A DNA stretch of 64,000 nucleotides from an uncultured Chthonomonadaceae bacterium (GCA_963835065.1 CAWIEK010000046.1:96001-160000), one strand, 5' to 3'; numbered from the stretch's first letter, positions 10,350 to 20,978 are shown. Notes: generated by a model from the letters alone, not told the origin. A program made the numbers and translations.

Positions 10350-11627
10350 TTGAAGAAGCGCGTAACAAAACCGTTCCCGACAGCTTGCGCTCAGAATAAA
10401 AGTTGTTTCAAAAGAGCAAGCGCGCAAAAGGAGAGTGTCGGAGTGGGAAGCACCAGCGTTGCCGTTTCAACGGCTCAGGGCGCGGAGGAACTGCGTCATT
10501 TGCTCCTGCGGGGCAAAGATCGCGGTTTTCTGACCTACGAGGAAATCCACGACAGTTTAGGGGCAAACGTCGGCTATGACAGCCTGAGCCATGAAGACGG
10601 CGACAGCGTCCAGGTGGATGAATTGATTGACCTTCTGGCGCGTGAAGGCATCGAAGTCGTGCCACAGGCGTCCGGCAAGGACTACGCCGCTCCCCTGCAT
10701 TTGACCGACATGCCGCCCCCCCTATCGGGCCGGGAACCCGAATACATCGAAGAAGAGATTGTGCCCCTGGAAGGCTTGCCGATTGACGATAGCGTCCGCT
10801 GCTGGCTGCGCGAAATCGGCAAAACCCCGCTCCTGTCCCTCGCGGATGAGGTTTATCTTGCCAAGCGCATCGAGCGCGAAACCGAAAACCCCCGCGCCGC
10901 CAAACGCGCCAAAGACACGCTCACGCAGGCCAATCTACGCCTGGTTGTCAGCATCGCCAAAAAGTACAGTGGGCGCGGCCTGTCGTTCCCCGACTTGATT
11001 CAGGAAGGCAACCTGGGCCTGATTCGCGCGGTGGAAAAATACGATTACCGGCGCGGCTACAAGTTCAGCACGTATGCGACGTGGTGGATACGGCAGGCGA
11101 TTTCCCGCGCCATCGCCGATCAGGGGCGCACCATTCGCGTCCCCGTTCACATGATCGAAACCATCAACCGCCTGATGAAAACGTCCGGCAATTTAATACA
11201 GGAGCAGGGGCGCGAACCCACCATGGAAGAAATCGCGCAGGCAATGAGCGTGACCGTCGAGCGCGTGTCGGAAATCATTCGCGCCGCGCCCGAACCCCTG
11301 TCCCTGGAAACGCCCATCGGCGAAGAAGACAGCCATCTGTCTGATTTTGTGGAAGACCACGCCGCCCTGCTGCCCCCGGAAGCGGCAGCGCAAATGATCG
11401 TGCGCGAACACATCAACGACATCCTCAACTATCTCACGACGCGGGAAAAGGACGTGCTTGTCATGCGCTTCGGCCTGGAAGACGGCTGCCCGAAAACGCT
11501 GGAAGAAGTCGGGCGCTGCTTCCACGTCACGCGCGAACGCATCCGCCAGATAGAATCCAAAGCCCTCAAAAAACTGCGCAATCCCCGCTGCAACTGCCGC
11601 CTCCGCGCCTGTCTCGAATGGCAGTAA
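10350..11627 (+). CDS. rpoD: RNA polymerase sigma-70 factor, RpoD type
   Basis: Region 1.1 (GFLTYEEI), 1.2, 2 ([27 protein letters not shown]), 4 ([16 protein letters not shown]); start uncertain. Confidence 0.88.
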   Translation: MKKRVTKPFPTACAQNKSCFKRASAQKESVGVGSTSVAVSTAQGAEELRHLLLRGKDRGFLTYEEIHDSLGANVGYDSLSHEDGDSVQVDELIDLLAREGIEVVPQASGKDYAAPLHLTDMPPPLSGREPEYIEEEIVPLEGLPIDDSVRCWLREIGKTPLLSLADEVYLAKRIERETENPRAAKRAKDTLTQANLRLVVSIAKKYSGRGLSFPDLIQEGNLGLIRAVEKYDYRRGYKFSTYATWWIRQAISRAIADQGRTIRVPVHMIETINRLMKTSGNLIQEQGREPTMEEIAQAMSVTVERVSEIIRAAPEPLSLETPIGEEDSHLSDFVEDHAALLPPEAAAQMIVREHINDILNYLTTREKDVLVMRFGLEDGCPKTLEEVGRCFHVTRERIRQIESKALKKLRNPRCNCRLRACLEWQ

Positions 11628-11654
11628 GTCACCGCGCAGGCCCTCACCCAAACC

Positions 11655-11733
11655 CCTTCTCCCAATAGGCATAGCATCCGCGTCCGTAGGACACTTGTAC
11701 TTTCCTGCCGGGTACTTTCAATACCCGGCCTAT
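11655..11733. repeat. Dispersed ~80-bp REP-like palindromic element, copy 1
   Basis: Reverse complement aligns by eye with 46470-46548. Confidence 0.7.
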
Positions 11734-12067
11734 AAGGAAAAAAAACTGCAACCTTTCCCCTCCACAAGTCGTCTGAATACATATACATACGTCTAGTATA
11801 AAGGAAGGAGAACAGCCGCCTATGCTCTGCCTGCTGCCGTTGCCGCCCTGACGCCGCTGAGGTCACGACGCCTCTCTCCTACAACCAGACACAACGAGAC
11901 ATCGGGCTGGAAGCGCTGCATTGCCAAGATTTCGACGATGACTCTACATACTCTTTTTTCTACCTGCCCTTTTTTCCGACGCTTTCATCCTTCATCCTTC
12001 ATCCTTTCCTTGCGCCGGTTCGGCAAGGGATAGATGTACAGACTCTAAAGTGGTTTTACGTAGATTG

Positions 12068-12691
12068 CTACTTGTAGGCGGCTTGCTGTTCCTGAAAGTT
12101 TCCTGCCTCCAAATTGCGCCGCAATAGGACGCGCGCTCGATAGACGCGGGAGCGAATGGTTCCCATCGGGCAGTTGAGCGCGTGGGCGATCTGCTCATAG
12201 GAGCGTTCCTGCGCTATCATCAGCAGGGTCGCTTGGTGCAAGTGGGGCAGGGAACGCAGCGCGGCTTGCAGTTCCCCACTGATTTCTCTTTCCAGCAAGC
12301 GCTCCTGTGGACCACTTGCGCTGTCGGGCAGTTCGGGGCAGCACCCTCCCTCATTCCCGTTCTCGTTCTCGCCGGAACCCATTGTGGGCGCATCCAGCGA
12401 AATTTCCGGCCTGCGCTTGCGCTTGCGGCTTTGGTCTATGATGATGTTGCCCGCGATCCGAAACAGCCAGGCTTCAAAAGAGTAGCGGGGATCGAACGTC
12501 TCGAAATGAGTCCAGGCGCGGGTCAGCGCTTCCTGCGTCACGTCTTCGGCGTCGTGCGCATTGCCGACGGAACGGCGCGCGTAGTTGTACAGCCGTTGGT
12601 GAGTTTGCGTTACGAGGACTTGAAACCGCGCCTGTCGCCGCGCAAGCGCCTGCTCCCCTGTTTCCTTCCAGTTCGCGTTTCCTGCTTTCAT
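12068..12691 (-). CDS. ECF sigma-70 factor
   Basis: DAEDVTQEA, FEAWLFRIA, SYEQIAHALNCPMGTIRSRVYRAR. Confidence 0.92.
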   Translation of the reverse strand: MKAGNANWKETGEQALARRQARFQVLVTQTHQRLYNYARRSVGNAHDAEDVTQEALTRAWTHFETFDPRYSFEAWLFRIAGNIIIDQSRKRKRRPEISLDAPTMGSGENENGNEGGCCPELPDSASGPQERLLEREISGELQAALRSLPHLHQATLLMIAQERSYEQIAHALNCPMGTIRSRVYRARVLLRRNLEAGNFQEQQAAYK

Positions 12692-12799
12692 TGCAAATTC
12701 GGGAGCCTAAGTCATTATCGTTTTCCTTCCTAACGTGACACTTTCCTAACGTAGCACTTTTTCAAGTGGGGAGTTTTCGCGTAACGATTGAAACGGCGG

Positions 12800-13774
12800 T
12801 TATGCGGACACCGCCAGGACGATTTTGCCGGGTTTATGGGGCTTGCCGGCCAGCATTTCATGTGCCAGGCGCGCTTGCGCGAGGGGCAGCGTTTCGCCGA
12901 CATGGGTTGTGAGCCGTCCCGCATCGAACATCCCGGCAATCCGGCTCAAGCCTGCGGAGGTGACGCAAACAATAAAGTACGCGCTCCGAACGCGCTTCTG
13001 TGCCGCCTTCTCCTGATCGGGCAGGGATACGACGGACACCACAATGCCACCCGGCTTGAGAACGTCGAAAGATTGGTCAAGAATTTCGCCGCCAATCGTG
13101 TCAATCACGACATCCACCTCTTTCACCTGTTCCGCCAATTTCGATGTTTGCGCGTCAATAATCTGGTTCGCGCCCAGGGCACGGACGTAATCTGCATCCC
13201 GCGTTCGCGCAAGGCCGATAACTTCGGCTCCGGCCTGCTTTGCGAATTGAACCGCATACGCGCCCACGCTGCCGCCCGCGCCAAGCACAAGAACCCGCTT
13301 TCCGGCTTCCACCTGCCCCTTATCGAACACCATCTGCCACGCCGTAATCGCTACGACGGGTACGGAAGCCGCTTCCACATAACTCAGCGACGTGGGTTTG
13401 GGCGCAATCATCCCGGCGTCCGCAACGGCGTACTCGGCATACGCGCCCGTGAACTGCGGATTGGTGACGCCAAACACGTCGTCACCAACCTTCAACCCGC
13501 TCACATCGGAACCAACCGCCGCGACAATTCCGGCAAGATCGGAGCCGGGAGTCAGGGGCAACGCCTGGCGCAGACTGCTCGCCCCGGACCTTACAAGCGC
13601 ATCCCACGGCCCGACTCCCGCCGCCTTAACCTCCACGAGTACCTGCCCGATGCCGGGCGCGGGCCGGGGCGTATTCTCAATCACGATAGTTTCCACGCCG
13701 CCGAACTGATGAACCCGCGCCGCTTGCATCTGCCCTGTCACGACGCTTTTCTGATCTGCCGAATGTTCGTTCAT
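12800..13774 (-). CDS. NADP-dependent oxidoreductase (MDR/quinone reductase family)
   Basis: GAYAEY, VLVLGAGGSVG, GKIVL; start inferred from RBS. Confidence 0.9.
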   Translation of the reverse strand: MNEHSADQKSVVTGQMQAARVHQFGGVETIVIENTPRPAPGIGQVLVEVKAAGVGPWDALVRSGASSLRQALPLTPGSDLAGIVAAVGSDVSGLKVGDDVFGVTNPQFTGAYAEYAVADAGMIAPKPTSLSYVEAASVPVVAITAWQMVFDKGQVEAGKRVLVLGAGGSVGAYAVQFAKQAGAEVIGLARTRDADYVRALGANQIIDAQTSKLAEQVKEVDVVIDTIGGEILDQSFDVLKPGGIVVSVVSLPDQEKAAQKRVRSAYFIVCVTSAGLSRIAGMFDAGRLTTHVGETLPLAQARLAHEMLAGKPHKPGKIVLAVSA

Positions 13775-13855
13775 AATCACCTTCCTGAGCAATCACCTGA
13801 AGCAATCGCGTGAATACCAGGCGGAGGGACGCTGAAAGTTCACAACTTCTGCGTC

Positions 13856-13886
13856 CCTATCAACTATTAACTATCAACTATCAACT
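13856..13886 (+). repeat. (CTATCAA)n heptamer tandem after a shared cgctgaaagttc leader; related copies at 15345-15373 and 55075-55104
   Basis: Directly visible in sequence. Confidence 0.75.
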
Positions 13887-13903
13887 TCTTTGTGGGCGAA
13901 GTT

Positions 13904-14143
13904 TCAGCGCTGCCAGTAGTTGTTGGCGGCGGCAATGGTGGCGAACTCCGTGGCGACAACCTGGGAAATGGCGATCAGCATCATGGCGTCGTTGGCGTAC
14001 ACGGCCCGGAGTTCCTGGCGTTTGTCGGCGTCCGGCTGCGTGAACTTGATGACAAGGCGGGCGATATGGACGGCGAGTTGGCGTCCTTCTTCGGGCGTCG
14101 CCGTAATCAGCGTGTTGTTGGGAATCAGTGTTGGAGTATCCAA
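13904..14143 (-). CDS. Hexameric tyrosine-coordinated heme protein (HTHP)
   Basis: TLITATPEEG.LA...TQPDA..R..LRAVY..DA..LIA.S.VVA..F.TIAAAN.YW matches the HTHP family as I recall it. Confidence 0.88.
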   Translation of the reverse strand: MDTPTLIPNNTLITATPEEGRQLAVHIARLVIKFTQPDADKRQELRAVYANDAMMLIAISQVVATEFATIAAANNYWQR

Positions 14144-14193
14144 TGTAAATGTCCTTTCATGTCAGGGAATGCGAGGCGTTTTATGCAGTCCTG

Positions 14194-15028
14194 CTACACG
14201 CTCAGGGCGGGTACGCGGGGATGTGTGGCCCATTCGAGGGCATAATCCGCCACTTCTTCCCATCCCGGTTCGCCGAGCGTGTAGTGCGAGCGGTTGGGGA
14301 ACTCTATGAAGTGTGTGATCGCCTGGGAGTTGCAGTACAGGTTATAGTTCGCTCTGGTTACGGAAGCGGGCGCGATGTGGTCCTTGCCGCCGGCAATCAG
14401 CAGCAGCGGCGCGCGGTTATTGTTGTGAAAATTGACGGCGGTTGCCGCGTGTGGGTTGAAGTTGGCAAGGCCGGCCTGAAATAAAACATGGTCGGGACCC
14501 GGCACGGCGTAGCGTTCGTACACCCGGCGCGACTCGGCTTCGCTCAACTGGTTGCCGAAAGCATAATGGAACTGCTCCGGCGTCAACGCCGCCACTTTAT
14601 GAAGATTGAACGGATTGCTGAGGGCGGGAAACGAGAACTCGCAGCGTTGAAAACGGCAGCAGCAAAATGCCTTTGACCGGGGCGGAGTCGAGCGCCACGC
14701 CCGCCGCGCCCAATCCCCTGTCCAGCAAAATCTGCGCGAAAAGCCCGCCGAACGAATGTCCCATGATGATCGGTGGTTTGTCCAGGCCGCGAATGATATG
14801 GTCGTAGTGGTCAACGATTTCGGTCACGCCCAATCCGCCGAGGGAAGCGGGATTACTGCGCAATTCTTCGATGCTTTTGTCCATGCCGGGCCAGGCCGGG
14901 GCGAGGACATTGTAACCTTTGTCCGTATAGCGCTTGATCCAGTGTTCCCAGCTCAGGGGCGTCATCCACAGCCCGTGTATCAGAACGATGGTGTCCGAAG
15001 TCGCCGGGGATGTTGTTTTGCTTGCCAT
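14194..15028 (-). CDS. Alpha/beta hydrolase, split by one frameshift near 14640
   Basis: IHGLW, GHSFGG nucleophile, GGKDH, RSH; ORFs 14597..15028 and 14194..14814 join. Confidence 0.85.
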
Positions 15029-15437
15029 GCTATTCTCCTCTTCTTTTCAGTGCAATGTTTAATGCTATGTTGATGCCGTTGATTGCGCTTTCCGGTTGAT
15101 TGGGCTTTCCAGCGCAATCGCGTTGTAAAAACAGCAAGGTTGGCAGTACAATAGAAGGTGAGCGTGTATTGTGCTGCCGTCCTCTTTTTCAAAGTTGGCT
15201 TTCCCTTGCTGTTCGTCGCCGTTGACTGGTTTAGTATCCGGGGCCGGTATTGTCCGTAACGTTCCCATTTCGCGGCAAAAGCGTTCCCGCCTTAAATTTT
15301 TTCGCGCGAAATGGCGAAACGCTGAAAGTTCGTAGTTCCTGCCCTATCAACTATCAACTATCAACTATCAACTCGTCCGGCAGATACTGCCGCCCTTATC
15401 TGACCATTCCGCTATGCAGGAAGGAGTGATCCCGTTC

Positions 15438-18400
15438 ATGACGACGCCTGAGACAGCCGACGCTTCGTTCCGCCTGCGTCTTTTCGGCCCGATGCAGGCG
15501 CTGGTGGACGGCAACGCCCTGCCTCCGATGCGTTCGCGCAAAGGCTTGTGGCTGCTGGCTCTGCTGACCCTGCGCCATGATCGCCCGGTGGAGCGCGAAT
15601 GGCTGGCCGGAACCCTCTGGCCGGACGTGGAGCAAAGCCAGGCATTCGCCAATTTGCGCCCGATTTTAAGCGAACTGCGCAACAGTCTGGGCAGCCAGAA
15701 AGAGCGCTTGCAGTCGCCGGACCGCCATACGCTTCGATTAGATTTGGCCGGCGCGGACGTTGACCTGATCGCCTTTGATGCCGCAATTGCCAATAAAAAC
15801 CTGACGGCATTGGAACAGGCAGCAACGCTGTATCAAGGTTCCCTGCTGGAAGGATGCGCGGAAGAGTGGGTGTTTCAGGAGCGTAATCAGCGCGAACAGG
15901 ATTGTTTACACGCCTTGCAGCAGTTGGGGGATGCCGCTCTGACCGCCAGGGAGTATGCCAAAGCGATTCATTATTATCAGAAGGCCGCCGCCATTGATCC
16001 CTTCCTGGAAGTAGCGCGGCGCGGTTGGATGGAAGCGCTTGCGCAAAACGGGGATCGTAACGCCGCGTTACAGGTTTATCGCGAATTTGCCGCATTGCTG
16101 CGCAGTAATCTCCATGCCGCTCCTGACGAACGGACGAACGCTTTGTACGCGCGCCTGCGCGCCGAAGCGCGGCAGCAAGGCAATTCTCCCACTGTGGTTG
16201 CAACGCCGCCCGCGCCTGCGCCGACAGTAACAGGCTACCTCCCGCATCCATTGACTGATCTGGTGGGAAGGGAGGATGAGCGCGCGGAAGTGGCGTCCCG
16301 GTTGCGGCGTTCCCGGCTCGTGACGCTGACGGGTATGGGCGGAATCGGCAAGACCCGGCTTTCTCTTGAAGTTGCCGGGGAAGTCGTCCATGAGTATGCC
16401 GATGGCGTTTGGCTGGTCGCGCTGGACGCGCTTACCGAGGGGAAGCAAGTGCTGCCACAAATCGCTTCCGTTTTGGGCGTGAAAGAAGAAGCGCAGCGGG
16501 AACTAATGCAAAGCCTGGCCGAGCGGCTGCGTAACAAGCGTCTGCTGCTGGTGCTGGACAACTGCGAACACCTGTTGCAGGCAAGCGCCCAGGCTGTCGG
16601 GCCGATTTTGCGGGAAAGTGAGGGGGTACGGGTTTTAGCCACGAGTCGGGAAGCATTGGGCATTACGGGGGAAATTGTTTGGGCCGTGCCTTGCCTTGCC
16701 GTGCCTGACCCGGCGCATCTGCCGCAGGGACAGGCCACCTTGCTGCGGGTGCTGACGGGCTATGAAAGCGTACAATTGTTCGTGGAGCGGGCGCAATCCA
16801 TCCAAAAGACATTTCTGCTGAACGCGGAAAATGCCCGGATGGTTGCGGAAGTGTGCTTTCGCCTGGAAGGTATTCCTCTCGCCATCGAACTGGCCGCCGC
16901 CCGCATCAAAGCCATGACCGTCGAGCAGATCGCGGCGCGTTTGAACAACGAACTGGGGCTGTTGATCGGCGGAAGCCGGACGGCGCAATCGAGGCAATTA
17001 ACGTTGAGAGCGACATTGGACTGGTCGTATGCCCTGTTGAGCGAACCGGAGCGAATCCTGCTGCGGCGATTGTCGGTTTTTGCGGGCGGCTGGGCCTTGG
17101 AAGCGGCGGAACAGGTATGCGGCGAGGAGAGGGAACAGGGAACAGGGAACAGGGTACAGGAAAAAGAAGGAGAGCCGTTACTTTCTCCTTTCTCCTTTCT
17201 CCTTTCTCCTGCCGACGTGCTGAATTTGCTGACTTCCCTTGTGGACAAATCGCTGGTTGCGTTTGGGGATCAGGAAGGAACGATGGGCGGGCGTTACCGT
17301 TTACTGGAACCGGTGCGGCAGTACGCGGCGGAGCAATTACAGGCTGGCGGGGAAGCCGAGCAGGCCAGGGCAAGGCATCGGGACTGGTTTCTGGCATTGG
17401 CGGAGGAGGCCACGCTGCATTTGCGGGGAAGCGGGCAGCGGCAATGGCTGCAGCGGCTGGACAGAGAATACGACAATCTGCGGGCGGCGCTGGCGTGGAG
17501 CGCAGCGGATGCGCAGGGCGCGGAAGTCGGGCTGCGGCTCACGGGCGCGTTGTGGCGGTTCTGGTATGTGCGCGGCGATTACAGTGAAGGACGCCGGTAT
17601 CTGTGGAACGCGCTGGAACGGGAAGGCGCGCAGGAGCGGACGCCGGCACGGGCGCTGGCGCTGAACGGAGCCGGCGCGCTGGCTTACGATCAGGCCGATT
17701 ATATGGCGGCGCGGGCGCTGTTTGAGGAAGGCTTGAGTATTGGCAGGCAATTGGAAGACAGGCGGGGCGTCGCCGGTTCGCTGCGTAATTTGGGCAATGT
17801 GGCCCTGGCATTCAGCGAAAATGCAACAGCGCAGGCGCTGTATGAAGAGAGTTTGGCGTTAAGCAGAAAATTAGAGGATAGGCATAGTATCGCCGTTACC
17901 TTGAGCAACCTGGGCATTGTGGCGCGTCATGAGGGGGATTATGCGGCCTCAAGAACTCTCTTCGAAGAAAGCCTGGGAATTTCTAAAAATTTGGGAGACC
18001 AACTTGGCATGGCGCGGGCGTTTCTGAATCTGGGCAACGTGGCGCGTCAGCAGGGCGATGTTGCCGTTTCACAAAATTTCTACGAGGAGAGCTTGGGGAT
18101 TTACAGAGAATTGGGAGACCGGCAGGGCATCGCGCGGTGTCTCGGCAGTTTGGGCAGTGTGGCTCATGGGGAGGGCAAATACGAGCTGGCGCGAGTTCTG
18201 CAGGAGGAGAGTTTACGCCTCTTTCGGGAGTTGGACGACAGGCAGGCGATTGCTTTAGCGCTCGGCAATTTAGGCGCGGTTGCTTATGAACAGACAGATT
18301 ATGCGTCGGCGCGAAGTTTGTATAAGGAAAGTTTAAGCCTTTTGCAAAAGTTGGGAGACAAGGCGGGGGCAGTGGAAAGCCTGGAAGGATTGGCAGCCGT

Positions 18401-18650
18401 TTTGTCGGCGCAGACCGAAACACAGAAAGCGGCGATGCTATGGGGAGGGGCTGAGATGCAGCGCAAGATGCTTGGTATGCCCTTACCGCTCAATCAGCGC
18501 GAGCAGTACGACAAACAGGTGGCGCAAGCCCGCGCTGTGTTGGGTGAAGAGGCGTTTACGGCTGCCTGGGAAGCAGGCAGCGTTCTGCCCTTGGAGCATG
18601 CCGTAGATTACGCGCTCGGAAATTCATCACTGCCACATCAGAGCCATTGA
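15438..18650 (+). CDS. SARP/BTAD - NB-ARC-like ATPase - TPR transcriptional regulator (AfsR-like)
   Basis: LRLFGP, BTAD region, Walker A GMGGIGKT, LLLVLDNCEH, LEGIPLAIELAAAR, TLDWSY, C-terminal TPRs. Confidence 0.92.
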   Translation: MTTPETADASFRLRLFGPMQALVDGNALPPMRSRKGLWLLALLTLRHDRPVEREWLAGTLWPDVEQSQAFANLRPILSELRNSLGSQKERLQSPDRHTLRLDLAGADVDLIAFDAAIANKNLTALEQAATLYQGSLLEGCAEEWVFQERNQREQDCLHALQQLGDAALTAREYAKAIHYYQKAAAIDPFLEVARRGWMEALAQNGDRNAALQVYREFAALLRSNLHAAPDERTNALYARLRAEARQQGNSPTVVATPPAPAPTVTGYLPHPLTDLVGREDERAEVASRLRRSRLVTLTGMGGIGKTRLSLEVAGEVVHEYADGVWLVALDALTEGKQVLPQIASVLGVKEEAQRELMQSLAERLRNKRLLLVLDNCEHLLQASAQAVGPILRESEGVRVLATSREALGITGEIVWAVPCLAVPDPAHLPQGQATLLRVLTGYESVQLFVERAQSIQKTFLLNAENARMVAEVCFRLEGIPLAIELAAARIKAMTVEQIAARLNNELGLLIGGSRTAQSRQLTLRATLDWSYALLSEPERILLRRLSVFAGGWALEAAEQVCGEEREQGTGNRVQEKEGEPLLSPFSFLLSPADVLNLLTSLVDKSLVAFGDQEGTMGGRYRLLEPVRQYAAEQLQAGGEAEQARARHRDWFLALAEEATLHLRGSGQRQWLQRLDREYDNLRAALAWSAADAQGAEVGLRLTGALWRFWYVRGDYSEGRRYLWNALEREGAQERTPARALALNGAGALAYDQADYMAARALFEEGLSIGRQLEDRRGVAGSLRNLGNVALAFSENATAQALYEESLALSRKLEDRHSIAVTLSNLGIVARHEGDYAASRTLFEESLGISKNLGDQLGMARAFLNLGNVARQQGDVAVSQNFYEESLGIYRELGDRQGIARCLGSLGSVAHGEGKYELARVLQEESLRLFRELDDRQAIALALGNLGAVAYEQTDYASARSLYKESLSLLQKLGDKAGAVESLEGLAAVLSAQTETQKAAMLWGGAEMQRKMLGMPLPLNQREQYDKQVAQARAVLGEEAFTAAWEAGSVLPLEHAVDYALGNSSLPHQSH
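17128..17210 (+). repeat. Heptamer tandem repeats (AGGGAAC; TTTCTCC) in-frame inside the regulator
   Basis: Translates as [28 protein letters not shown]. Confidence 0.8.
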
Positions 18651-18767
18651 GCCGCAAATACGCGCAAATGGACGCAAATTAAATTCCAGCCGCGCCATGT
18701 GAACGTTAGAAACGTTCCCGCAAGCAGGCAAACCTGGAATATACGGCTGCGCAGGGAACGAGGAGGC

Positions 18768-19124
18768 ATGAGAACGTCGTCCAAACAGTTACGCATCGCG
18801 GGAACGGGAGAGATCATCATACCGCATCTGGAAATAGCCGTTACGCTCCGGCAGCAAACCGTCGGCCTGATTGGACGGCGGGAACTGCCTGCCGACGCAG
18901 GATTGTGGCTGCATCCGTGCAGCGGCATTCACACGTTCGGCGTCCGTTTTCCCATTGACGTTTTGTTTTTAGATAAGGAAGGAATCATTGTACGCGCCGT
19001 TTCTCGCCTAGCGCCCTGCCGCATTTGCGGCCCGGTGTGGAAAGCGAAAACAGTCGTAGAACTCCCCGCCGAAACCCTGTCCCGCTTTGCCCTATCCATA
19101 GGAACGCGCCTGGAAGTTGTGTAA
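18768..19124 (+). CDS. DUF192 family protein
   Basis: GL.GR...GLWLHPCSGIHTFGVRFPIDVLFLD...VVELPA. Confidence 0.85.
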   Translation: MRTSSKQLRIAGTGEIIIPHLEIAVTLRQQTVGLIGRRELPADAGLWLHPCSGIHTFGVRFPIDVLFLDKEGIIVRAVSRLAPCRICGPVWKAKTVVELPAETLSRFALSIGTRLEVV

Positions 19125-19125
19125 A

Positions 19126-19266
19126 GAAGACAGAAGGCAGAAGACAGAAGACGGAATATAGGAATATGGAATATAGGAAGCCCGAATACCTGAATACCCG
19201 AACACCCGAATAGCCGAATACCAACACCTACAACCCTAGAACCTTAAAACCCTAGAACCCTAACCC
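19126..19266 (+). repeat. Mosaic of short tandem repeats (AGAAGAC, GGAATATA, CCGAATAC, AACCCTAG)
   Basis: Directly visible intergenic repeats. Confidence 0.7.
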
Positions 19267-19279
19267 AAAGGATTTTCCC

Positions 19280-20836
19280 ATGTTTACTCCGTTTCAAAAC
19301 GAACCCTACGTGAATTTCAATGAGGAGCGCCCTCGCCGCAAGATGGAGGAAGCGCTGGCGAAAGTGGCGCACGAATTGGGCCGCGCCTACCCGCTGGTGA
19401 TTAACGGCGAACCGCTGGAGACGGAACACAAAACCACAAGCCGTAATCCAGCGCACATGAGCCAGATCATCGGGTACGTGTACGACGGCACGGCGGAAAC
19501 GACGGAACAAGCGATACAGGCAGCAGTGGACGCTTTTCCCGCATGGTCACGAACGCCTGCCGAAGTCCGCGCCCGCTATCTGGTCAAGGCGGCGGCGATT
19601 CTGCGGCGTCGCATTTACGAGTTTTCCGCATGGATGGTGTACGAAGCGAGCAAAAGCTGGAACGAAGCATACGCGGACGCGGCGGAAGCCGTTGATTTTC
19701 TGGAATTTTATGCGCGTGAGGCCGTTCGTTTGGGCGGTTCGCACCCGACAACGCCGTATGCGGGTGAAGAAAACGAAGTCCGTTATCTGTCGCTTGGCGT
19801 GGGCGCGGTGATTGCGCCGTGGAACTTTCCGCTTGCCATTTTGTGCGGTATGACGGCAGCCGCGATTGTCACGGGCAACACGGTGATTATGAAACCGGCG
19901 GAACAAACGCCTGTGATCGGAGCCAAGCTGTTTGAACTGCTGCAATCGGTCAATCTGCCGCATGGCGTTGTCAACTTCGTGCCGGGGCCGGGCGAAATCG
20001 TGGGCGAAATCCTGACCGGACACAAGGACGTGCGCTTTGTGTCGTTTACGGGCAGCCGCGAAGTGGGCCTGCACATCCATGAGCGCATCGCCATCCATCA
20101 GCCGGGGCAGAAGTTCCTTCGGCGCGGAATTCTGGAAATGGGCGGCAAGGACGCTATTATCGTGGATGAGGACGTCAATCTCGACGCGGCGGCAATGGAC
20201 GTGGTCGCGTCCGCGTTCGGGTTTCAGGGGCAGAAGTGTTCCGCGTGTTCCCGCCTGATCGCGCACACGAAAATTTACGACGCCCTGCTTGCCAAAGTAA
20301 TAGACCGGGCTTCCAAATTGACGATTGGCGATCCGAGCCACTTCAACAACTACATGGGCGCGGTGATTGACGAGGGCGCGTACCAGAAAATCCTCAAGTA
20401 CATCGCCATCGGGCGCAACGAGGGGCGGGTTGTCTTAGGCGGCGACGAGTCCGAAGACATGCTGGAAGGCGGGTATTTCATCCATCCGACGATTATTGCG
20501 GACGTGGACGCCCACGCCCGCGTCGCGCAGGAAGAGATTTTCGGCCCGGTTCTGACGGTCATACGGGCGGAAGACTTCGACCACGCGCTGGAAATCGCCA
20601 ACAGCACGGATTACGCCCTGACCGGAGCCGTGTTCAGCTACAACCGTGACCATCTGGAACGCGCCCGCCACGAGTTCCACGTCGGCAACCTGTACCTGAA
20701 CCGCAAATGCACGGGCGCATTGGTAGACGTGCAGCCCTTCGGCGGCTTCAACATGAGCGGCACGGACAGCAAAGCCGGCGGGCGCGACTACTTGGGCTTG
20801 TTCATGCAGGCCAAATCAGTCTGTGAGCGGTGGTAA
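19280..20836 (+). CDS. pruA: L-glutamate gamma-semialdehyde (P5C) dehydrogenase
   Basis: PWNFP, FTGS, EMGGK, GQKCSACS, EEIFGP, GNLYLNRKCTGA, QPFGG. Confidence 0.93.
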   Translation: MFTPFQNEPYVNFNEERPRRKMEEALAKVAHELGRAYPLVINGEPLETEHKTTSRNPAHMSQIIGYVYDGTAETTEQAIQAAVDAFPAWSRTPAEVRARYLVKAAAILRRRIYEFSAWMVYEASKSWNEAYADAAEAVDFLEFYAREAVRLGGSHPTTPYAGEENEVRYLSLGVGAVIAPWNFPLAILCGMTAAAIVTGNTVIMKPAEQTPVIGAKLFELLQSVNLPHGVVNFVPGPGEIVGEILTGHKDVRFVSFTGSREVGLHIHERIAIHQPGQKFLRRGILEMGGKDAIIVDEDVNLDAAAMDVVASAFGFQGQKCSACSRLIAHTKIYDALLAKVIDRASKLTIGDPSHFNNYMGAVIDEGAYQKILKYIAIGRNEGRVVLGGDESEDMLEGGYFIHPTIIADVDAHARVAQEEIFGPVLTVIRAEDFDHALEIANSTDYALTGAVFSYNRDHLERARHEFHVGNLYLNRKCTGALVDVQPFGGFNMSGTDSKAGGRDYLGLFMQAKSVCERW

Positions 20837-20978
20837 CAAACTGCTTTCGTGTGAGTTCATCGGCAAGTATCCGGCATATAAAATGCCGGATACGCAGGCC
20901 TTCGGCCAATTGTCCTATGGACAGAAGGTTGTGCCGTATTTAATTATTTATCTCTGAGAATGTGAAAACGAGGTTTTT

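Noticed and set aside
12788..13813. Long antisense ORFs (also 5197..6288, 31884..33149, 33764..35044, 48160..49101, 58620..59660)
   Set aside because: They are shadows of well-supported genes on the opposite strand in GC-rich DNA.
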